This document shows, one piece after another, positions 1 to 7,878 of a stretch of 18,351 nucleotides of DNA. The position numbers were made by a program, and so were the translations under genes. The stretch's first letter is position 1. The number at the start of each line of letters is the position of its first letter. The stretch is taken from NCBI GenBank assembly GCA_000388065.2, contig KB932215.1; one strand, given 5' to 3'. Source of the DNA: Fonticula alba ATCC 38817 (Eukaryota > Protista > Nucleariida). Under the pieces are notes generated by a model. It was not told the origin of the DNA and searched no databases. It saw only the letters and a program-made list of their open reading frames with translations.

Positions 1-176
1 CCCCCCCCCCCCCCCTCCCGCCTCGCTCTTCCTTTCTTTCCCCCTCGCCACCTCTCCTGCTTTAGTGTTTGCCGCCGTCGCCGTCGTCATCGCCCATCCC
101 CATCCTCTCGGCCTCTCTCCCCGTCGGCCTCTCTCCCCCTCCCTCCCCTCCCCCGCCCCCATACACCCATCACACT

Positions 177-1580
177 ATGAGCTGGTTCCGAGGATTCTCG
201 CCACGCCGGCAGCACACCGGCCAGCAGCAGCCACACTCGCCCACCGGTGGCTACACGCCGGTCAGCCCGACCGACCCGTATGGCGGGTATCCGCCGTCCG
301 CCTCGTCGGCCGGATCCTCGCACCACCCCCACCACCACCCGTACAGCGCGCCACCGAGCGCCTCGTACCACCCCTCGCAACCGCCGCCTCATCCCGGCTA
401 TCCCGGGCCCTACATGGGTGCCACCAGTAGCCACCCCACCTCGCCGACTCGGCCCGATGAGGCCTACTACGCCCCGTACACTGGGCACCAGCAGCGGCCG
501 GCGCCACCGGCCCGGTACCAGCCGGCCCCGGGGGATTACTACGATTACCCGGGCGAGTCGCCGGGCGGCGGGTATGGCGCGCCTGCGCCCGACGGGTATG
601 CCAACATCCCGCGCGCGCAGTACCAGGCCCCGCCCCCCCCGGCGGGGGCCGGCTATCCCACCGACGGCTACGGTCCCTACGAGGGGGCCTACGCCCCGCA
701 GCCCCATCCGCCGCAGCGCAAGTCCCGCAGCCAGCAGCAGCGGCAGCAGCAGCAGCAGCAGCAGCAGCAGCGTCCCGGCCGGACAGACATCCTGCCCGAG
801 TACTGCCCCTTCCCCCCGGCGCTGGGGAAGCTCTTCACCAAGATTCGCACCGATCTCGATCGGCTGGAGGAGGGTGCGCTGCTGTGCCGTGGGCCGGCGG
901 GGTTGTTTGGGGGGTTTTTTTTTCGGACGGGGGGAGGCGTTTCCTTTGGGGGCTCCTCAGCCGTCTCGGGCTTCTTCTTTTTTCTTTTTTTTGTGGCTGG
1001 TCGCCATGCACTAACCCTCCTCTTCTACCACCGACCGGGGCAGAAACCATGCGCTTCCGCTCGTACGTCGAGTCGCTGCCCGACCCGAAGTCCGCCCAGG
1101 CGGCCGACCTGGACGAGGCGGTCATCAACTCCGCCTACAAGGAGTACTTGCGTCTGTTTGAGCTGCCCCAGCGGCATCTGGCCGCCCTGGATGAGGTGGA
1201 TTTGCAGCAGGCCGGCGGCCTGGCCGAGGCCGCGCGCGCCGCCCGCCGCGAGCTGATCAAGTGCGCCCTGTGCCGTGCTGGGGCTTGGCGACCACTCTGC
1301 GCGGCGCTCGCGCCCGCCCCTGTGTGCTGACCCGAGCCTTCCTTTTGCTGTTCCCCCCCCCCCCTCCCGCCCGATCGCGCCGCCTCGCGCCATCTGTAGC
1401 TACTCCAACACCGTGCTGGATCATGTGGAGTCCCTGAAGCCGACCGTCTTCGAGCTTCGGCAGATTGTCCAATCGGCGTCCAATTCGCCGAACCCCACGC
1501 CGGCTGCCAACGGCCCGGCCTCGTCCTCCTCGCTCCAGGCGTCCGACGGCTCGTCCTCCTCTTCGGGGAGCGTCGACTGA
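177..1580 (+). CDS. BAG-domain protein (Hsp70 nucleotide-exchange co-chaperone) with a long Pro/Tyr/Gly-rich N-terminus; exons 177-873, 1044-1260, 1400-1580; 364 aa
   Basis: ATG at 177 (MSWFRGFSP). Donors GTGCGC at 874 and 1261, acceptors CAG 1041-1043 and TAG 1397-1399, branch-like CTAAC 1011-1015 and CTGAC 1327-1331; phases match (1 and 2). Spliced C-terminus LDRLEEETMRF...YKEYLRLFELPQRHLAALDEVDLQQAGGLAEAARAARRELINYSNTVLDHVESLK fits the BAG pattern (E-x3-hydrophobic, LD-x-V, R-x2-RR/K-x2-I, LD-x-V/L). Confidence 0.8.
732..770 (+). repeat. CAG trinucleotide repeat encoding QQQRQQQQQQQQQ in the BAG protein
   Basis: Read directly: (CAG)3 CGG (CAG)9 in frame with the ATG at 177. Confidence 0.9.
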
Positions 1581-1601
1581 GGCACGACCAATGCATGTTT
1601 C

Positions 1602-1610
<9 letters not shown>

Positions 1611-1634
<24 letters not shown>
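1611..1634. repeat. (TG)12 microsatellite just 3' of the BAG stop codon
   Basis: Read directly from the sequence. Confidence 0.9.
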
Positions 1635-2151
1635 CTTTCCCCCTCCCTCTGTCCTCTGACCCTCTTTCTTTCCCCTCCGACCGTCACCGCGCCCGCTCGA
1701 CCACCGCTGCGCACACCTGCAGAAACACGTCCTTGATCCTTCCCCCCGCCCCCTCTCCCTCTCCATGGCTGCCCCGAAATACATGCACATAGACGTCTTT
1801 GGCCCGCCCCTGCCAGCCCCAGGGGGAGGGGGAAAACACGCGCAAGGGCAGGGCCAGGGGAGGCGGGGATGTTAACATTGCGCGAGAGGTGGGTCTCGCG
1901 TGACGGAATGGCGAGGGAAGGGAGAGAGAGAACGAGAAAGAAAGAGAAAGAAAGAAAGAAAGAGAAAGAGAAAGAGAGAATAGGAAAGAGAGACGGCGCT
2001 GCATGCGCTTTATGTTGGGCTGCGAATGGAGACTTGTGTATTTGGTCAACCCCTGAAAAAAAAAAGAAAGGGGGACCGGGAGGGAAGACAAGACAAGAGA
2101 GAGAGAGAGAGAAAGGCACACACACGCGGGCACACGTGCGCCACCCCCTTC

Positions 2152-4187
2152 TCACTTCTGCTGCTTCATGGCATGCAGCTCCTTGATCTTGGCGGTGATG
2201 CTCTGGCGCGGGCGGTCCGGCAGGAAGGCCGCGATCTTGCCCCAGCGGTCGGCGTCGGTGGCCGGCACAGTGCGCAGGGCATGGACCAGGGTGTCGAGCT
2301 CGGCCGCGGACCAGGGGGTCTCGGTGGAGGCCGGGGCGGTGGTGTTCCGCATGTCGGCATCGGTCAGGTCCGAGCGCTGGGTCGGGGCATCGGCGATCTT
2401 GACCTCGCCCTGGCGGCGCTCAAACTGCAGGTCGGTCATGGTGACGGACCCGACGCCGCTCTCCATGGCCTTGGACTCGGCGACCACCTGCTTCTCGGTG
2501 AAGGTGGTGCTGCACTGGGTGTTGACGTGCTCGGTGATCTTGGTCCAGCGCTCGGTGGTGCCACCGGGGAAGGTCTTGATCGCATGGACCAGGACCTTGC
2601 GGTGGGCATCGGTCCACTCCGGGGCGGCGGCCGCGGCGGCGGTGGCGGTGGAAGCGGCGGCGGCGGCGGCCGCGGCCGCGGTGGCGGCATTGCGGCTGGC
2701 CTCGGCCGTGCCGAGAGTGGCGTCCAGGGCCGCGAAATAGAGGGCACCCTTGGCGGCGAAGTCCGACGCGGCCTCGATGGCGCGGTTAAGCTTCTCCAGG
2801 TCCATGACATCGTACTTCTCCAGGAAGAGCTCCAGGTTGATGGTGGCCTGCTGGTGGGCCTTGCTCAGGGGGGAGGCCTCCTCGCCGGAGAGGAAGCAGG
2901 CGTGATCGCGCATCAGGCCGCGCAGGGTCTTGCGCTCCTTCTTGGCGATCTTCTTGCGGTCCTCGCGGCCCTTGCGCTCGGCCTCGGCGGCGGCGGCGGC
3001 GGCGGCCTTCTGGGCAGCGGCCTCGGCGGCCTCGGCGGCGGCCTTCTCGGCGGCGGCCTTCTCGGCGGCGGCCTTCTGCGCGGCCAGGGCCCCGGCGGCA
3101 CCGGCGCGGCTCTGCTGGCGGCTGCGCTTCTGCTCCTCGCGGCGCTTCTTCTCCGCCTCGCGGAGGAGCTTCATCCGGGGGTCCAGGGCGGCGGCCTGGT
3201 CGACCAGGGTCCGGAGCCGGGCATTGTCCTTGGTCTTGGCCTCCTCGCGGGCGCGGCGGTTCTGCTGATCGGTCCAGCGCTTGTCATCGCGAGACCCGCC
3301 ATCGGACATGGTGCCCTCCTTGTCGCGCCAGTTGAACACGCGCCAGCTCTCGAAGGCATACCAGAACTCGTAGAAGGCCTGCACCTCGTCCAGGGGGGTG
3401 TCCATGTTGCCGAGGGCCGGGACCGGCTGGCGGACCGAGAAATGGGCATTGGCCGCGAACACCGGGCCGTAGACCTCGAAGAAGTCGGCCTTGGCCGGCA
3501 GGGTGGCCGCCGGCAGCCGCTCATTGAAGGTGGGGTCGCAGGAGTCGAAGTGCATGCGCAGGGTCGGGTCGACCAGCACATCCAGCGCGCGCTGGATGCA
3601 CTTGAAGAAGTTGTCACGCGTGTCGCCGGTCAGGGCCTGGGCCTGCTTGTCCGGGTGGTGGACCAGCACGCGGCGGCGGTGGGCCGTGCGGATGTCCGCC
3701 TCGGTGGCCGCCCGGCGCAGGTTCCCCAGACCCAGGATCTGGTACATGTCCAGGGTGCGGTACTCGGCCGGGTCGGCGGCCAGGAGGGCCTCCGGCACCG
3801 ACTCGTCGTACAGCTCGTCGAACCGCGGGTTCAGGCCGGCCATCTCGTCCTTGGCCGCGACCGCGGCCCCGGAGCCGTTGACCGCCTCGGCGATCGGGCA
3901 CCGGGTGGGGTGCACCAGACGCGAGATGTACCCGGCGCCGACGGGCTCGAAGGAGCGAGTGGCGGGGGCTGTGTCGGGGCGGGAATGAGTCAGTGGTCCA
4001 GGCAAGCAGGAGGGGGGGAAGGGGGGCAAGTGCGGGACACGGCCGAGCCGGGAGGGCAGGGGCCCGGGAAATGCGACGCACTCTCGAGGGTGCTGCTGAC
4101 CTGGTGGGTCTTGTCGGCGGCCCAGGACTCGGGCAGGGCCGGCAGCTTGACCTTGACGGAGGCAACCAGCGGGACGTAGTGGCTCAT
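2152..4187 (-). CDS. DNAJC2: DnaJ homolog subfamily C member 2 / zuotin / MPP11 (ribosome-associated complex J-protein); exons 4187-4082 and 3968-2152; 640 aa
   Basis: ATG at 4187; phase-1 intron 4081-3969 (GTGCGT...CTGAC...CAG) gives LPALPESW...TLETPATRSFEPVG (zuotin N-terminal EPVG motif). J domain DMYQILGL...HHPDK; zuotin homology domain FFEVYGPVF...FYEFWYAFESWRVF, SRDDKRWTDQQN; charged middle domain; two C-terminal SANT/Myb repeats (WTDAHRKVLVHAIKTFP...RWTKI; WSAAELDTLVHALRTVP...RWGKIA). Confidence 0.95.
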
Positions 4188-4366
4188 GACGACTGCTGGA
4201 ACCGGGAAGGAGGGGGGGGGGGAGGGCCTCGGGTTCGGGGGGGAGGAGGGGGAGGGAAAAAACTCGGGATTCAACAAGAAACCGAGTCCGGCGAACGAGG
4301 GGGCGAGGGAGGTTGAGAACGCTGGCTGGCGGCCGAATCGCCGCGTGCCGGCGCCTTTTATTTCAC

Positions 4367-4403
<37 letters not shown>

Positions 4404-4463
4404 CCCCTCCCCCCCCCCTCCCCTTTCCTCCCCGCCCCCCTCCCCCCTTTTCCCCCGATACCC
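4188..4463. promoter_or_regulatory. Probable bidirectional promoter / 5' UTR region between DNAJC2 (-) and LSM7 (+)
   Basis: Only 276 bp separate the two divergent ATGs. Contains one short AT-rich patch (TTTTATTT, about 4356-4363; AATAAAAG on -) and a C35 run at 4368-4402. Promoter function is inferred from gene geometry. Confidence 0.55.
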
Positions 4464-5398
4464 ATGTCTGTGCGTACCCGCCCGTCGGCCCGATACCCCC
4501 TCCCGCCGGACAACAGCCTTCCCACACTCTGACACCCGTGAAATGGGGCAAACGGAACACCCCCTCGCCCATGACGCACCCAGGGCGGCCCCCCTCGCAA
4601 TCAGAACCAGCCGGCCCGGCGCGGCGCCTCGGCCAACAGCGGCGTGTCTCGCGGCGGCCGTGGCGGCGGCCGGCCCGCTGGCGGCCGGACCCAGCACGAC
4701 GACGCCAAGGCCGCCAACGCGGCCAAGGGCCTGCGCGCGCGCCGCGACCCGGCCCTGGACCTGGCCACCATGCTCGGGAAAAAGATTCGCGTGTCCTTTG
4801 TCGGCGGCCGTGAGGGTGCGCGCCCCGGCCTCTCTTTGCGCCGGCCTTTTTCTTTTTTTTTCCTCCCCCGCCCATGTGGCCCCTGCCATGTGCCCCCCGC
4901 CACCCGTCCTAACTCTCCCCCTGTCTCTCTCTGTCCCCCCCTCCCCTGCGGCACCCCAGTCGTCGGTGTCCTCCGCAGCTACGATCCCCTGATGAACCTG
5001 GTCCTCGACGAGACCGTCGAGTACCTCCGCAGTACGGCCCTCCCTGTGCTCCGCACTGCGCCTGACCCGGCCCGGCTTCCTCACACCCCCTTTCCCCGGC
5101 TCCCCCTCCCCTCGCGCGCCCCTCGCCACCGGGGACACCCCGACACACAGACCCCTCCGACTCGACGCAGCTTCTCGTCGACATCCTGGACCCGGAGTCG
5201 ATGGCCACCATCGCCACCACCCGGCCCCTGGGCCTGGTGGTGGTCCGCACCTCGGCCATCGTGTCCGTCTCGCCGGACATGCTGGAGGCCATCGACAACC
5301 CGTTCGAGTCCTACGAGGAGATTGACGAGGAGACCGCCATGGCGGCCATCGGCGCCGCCTCCGGCTCCCCCTCCGCCGATGCCATGGTCGACGAGTAA
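4464..5398 (+). CDS. LSM7: U6 snRNA-associated Sm-like protein LSm7; exons 4464-4469, 4605-4815, 4960-5031, 5151-5398; about 178 aa
   Basis: Spliced product contains ALDLATMLGKKIRVSFVGGRE|VVGVLRSYDPLMNLVLDETVEYLR|NPSDSTQL...TRPLGLVVVR...LEAIDNPF, matching LSm7 (ILDL..Y.DK.IRVKF.GGRE..G.LKG.DPL.NLVLD; NPF tail). Donors at 4470, 4816, 5032; acceptors end 4604, 4959, 5150; phases match. The 6-nt first exon is less certain than the core. Confidence 0.92.
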
Positions 5399-7110
5399 GA
5401 GGCCTGGGGGTGTTTTTTTTTCTTTTTCCCCCGGCGCTCGGGCGCGCCCCGGTCACGCGCCGGCGCCCGGCGCCACATGTGAATATAGACCATCATGTGT
5501 ACCTCAGGTGAGACATTTTTCCTTTCCCGCCCTGGGTCGAAAGGGGAGAAGAGGGCAGGGGCACGGCGGCGGAGCCCTCGGGACGCTGTGGTCGCGCACG
5601 CGTTCCGGCCGCCACGCCCTCCGCGCACCGCCCGGGGGGGGGCCTACAGTGCGGGAATGCCCCCGGGAGGGCAGGTTGGCTCTTCCAAGGGACCGGGCGA
5701 CGGACGACGCGAGGCGGGCCAGACGACTGCCTAACACCAGGGCGGGAGTGAGGATGCCATTCCAGGCGGGACCCGCCGGTTGCCGCGCAAGCACGGGAGA
5801 CGGGGGAGCCGCACCGGGGGCAGCCCCCATCCCGGGGATGGCGCAAGGTCAGGGGGGGGGGGGGGGGGGGGGAGGGGGCCGGGGACGCACGCCGCTGACG
5901 GCCATTGCCGCCGCCCGGACCACGGAACGCCGAGTCGCCGAAAAGGGGCCTTTTTTAATGGGCCTGACCATTTGTGCCCCCGCCCCATCTTCCCCGATCG
6001 GGGGGGGAGGGGACCGAATACACGGGTCTGCCGGCCGAACATTGGCATCTGCCACTCGGGCAGGCATCCCAAACTGCGGGGCGCAGCTGGCGCGGCGGGG
6101 CGCAGGGGAGCGGGGCCGCAGGTCCCAGACCGCGCGAGGAGAAGGCCCGCGCCCACGGGCGACATGTTCCCTACCGGGGGGGGGGGGGACGCGCGCGCCC
6201 CCACGCCGGCGGGAGCAGGCGCACCTGACACCGGCCCTGGCGCGCTGCTCCCTTGCCTCCCCGTTGGCCTTCCACGCCGGTGCAAGTCATCCCAGCACGC
6301 CGGTCCCGGGGCTGGGCCGCGTCCGGCATGCCTTCCCCCCCCGGCCCGCACACGACACCCGTCCCTGGAGGAGCCGCCCCGGCGTCCCGACAAGGCTCCC
6401 TCCCTCCTCCGGGGGGCGCAAGGGCGGGGGGCCCCCGGGGGCGGCCGTGTTGCCGCCCGGCGGGAGGCCCCGAGGCAGGGCCCCAGGGGCCAGGGAGGCG
6501 GAAGCCGGATCACGCTCCGCGGCGTGGGACCCGCGCGCGCGCCAGGGCGCTTTTGCAGGCACCCTCGGCCCAGGCAGGGCGCGGGGAGCGCCTTGCGCCC
6601 GGGCGCGCGAGAGCCCGGCCAACCAGACGCCCGGCCACCGCCGCCGGCCGGGGGGGGGGGGCGGTTGTTTTGATCTCGCGCGGCCGGGAGCCGATCTTCG
6701 ACCGCCCAGCGCCCGCAGTCTGGCCGCCCTCCCTGCCTTCCTGGTCGCCCCCCCCCCCCGGGGGGGGGAGGGCATCAGATGGTAGAGAGGCAGAGGGCAC
6801 TGCGGGCGGGCTGGCGGGACAAAAAGGAGCCTCCTCCCCCCGGCCCATGCTACTTGGTCGCGCGGGGAGACCGGGGGGGGAGGGGCGAGGGCAGCTCGCC
6901 GGCCCTCCCCGTGGTCGCGGGCTTTTGACGCCCCTCCCCCGGGGCTCCCTGGTCCTCCCTGGCCCCAGGACATCTTCGCTCCCCTGTTTGCCCCCCCCCC
7001 CTCCTGCATCCTGTTTGCCCGTGTGCTCCCCGCCCCTTCTTTCTTCTTCTCTCCCCCTCCCCTCCCCCCCTCCCCCCGCGCTCGTACCCTCCTCTCGCTC
7101 GTGTGCCGGT

Positions 7111-7843
7111 ATGCCGCCCAGCACCGAGGGCCTGCCTGGCGATGCCGGCGGCCGCGACTCGCCGGATGCCCCGCCGGTCCCGCATCTTGGCGTGTCTCCC
7201 GGGAACCTGTTCACCACCCCGGCCGCCGGGTCGCTGTCCTCCTCCTGGCAGGAGTCTCCGGATATGCTGCTGGATTTGAACTTCGCCCCGAGCGCGGGGT
7301 CGCCATCGGGCACGGGCGCGGCTGGCATGCCGATTGCCGGGCCATCGTCGACGCCGGCGCCGGCGCCGGCGGCCGACCCCATCCCCTGGGCCGGCTACTC
7401 CTACCCGCAGGATGTGGCCAATCTGGACCGCGAGAGCCACGCCTCGTACTTCCCCCCGGCCGGCGGCGCCGGCCCGGAAAGCGACCCGGGGCCCCTTGGG
7501 CCCGAGTATGCGGACCAAGCCCCGACGGCCTACTCGTCGAGTGTGCGGGCCTCCCGCCGGCAGGGCCTCGGCGCCGGCCTGGCCGGGTCCGAGTCCTATC
7601 GCCGGGCCCCGAGCGCACAGACCCTGCAGCACCGGATCAAGGCACCCAACCTGTCCACCATCGACTGGACCTTCGAACTGACGCTGGAGCACCAGCGCAA
7701 GATCGACATCAAGAGCCGCGTACGAGCCGCTGGGCTCCTGCAAAGGGGGCTTCTTTTTTCCCTTTCAGCGCCTTGCCCTTGCCCGTCCGATGCCTTGGTC
7801 GTGCGCCCCCCTCCCCCGTCCGTGTCCTGTCACTGACATACAT

Positions 7844-7878
<35 letters not shown>

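Noticed and set aside
2026-4179. Long + strand ORF (717 aa), and likewise 13645..16503, 14753..17137, 8390..9262, 6850..7743
   Set aside because: Antisense shadows of GC-rich coding sequence on the opposite strand; low-complexity translations with no independent motifs.
4350-4365. CGCCTTTTAT resembling U5 snRNA loop I
   Set aside because: Mismatch at the end of the motif, no closing stem and no Sm site; better explained as an AT-rich promoter patch.
5495-5520. + strand ATGTGTACCTCAG|GTGAGA as the start of another gene
   Set aside because: The GTGAG donor does not match the local GT(G/A)CG consensus, and no downstream exon with coding character was found.
5891-5971. Minus-strand peptide MVRPIKKGPF resembling the start of ribosomal protein S19 (MxRSLKKGPF)
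   Set aside because: Similarity stops after about 10 residues, the codons (ATT AAA AAA TTT) are atypical for this locus, and no spliced continuation gives S19 sequence.
6488-6515. CAGG...GGC-GGAA-GCC hairpin resembling SRP RNA helix 8
   Set aside because: Lacks the AGCA(G) 3' half of the conserved internal loop, and no Alu or helix 6 context is seen.
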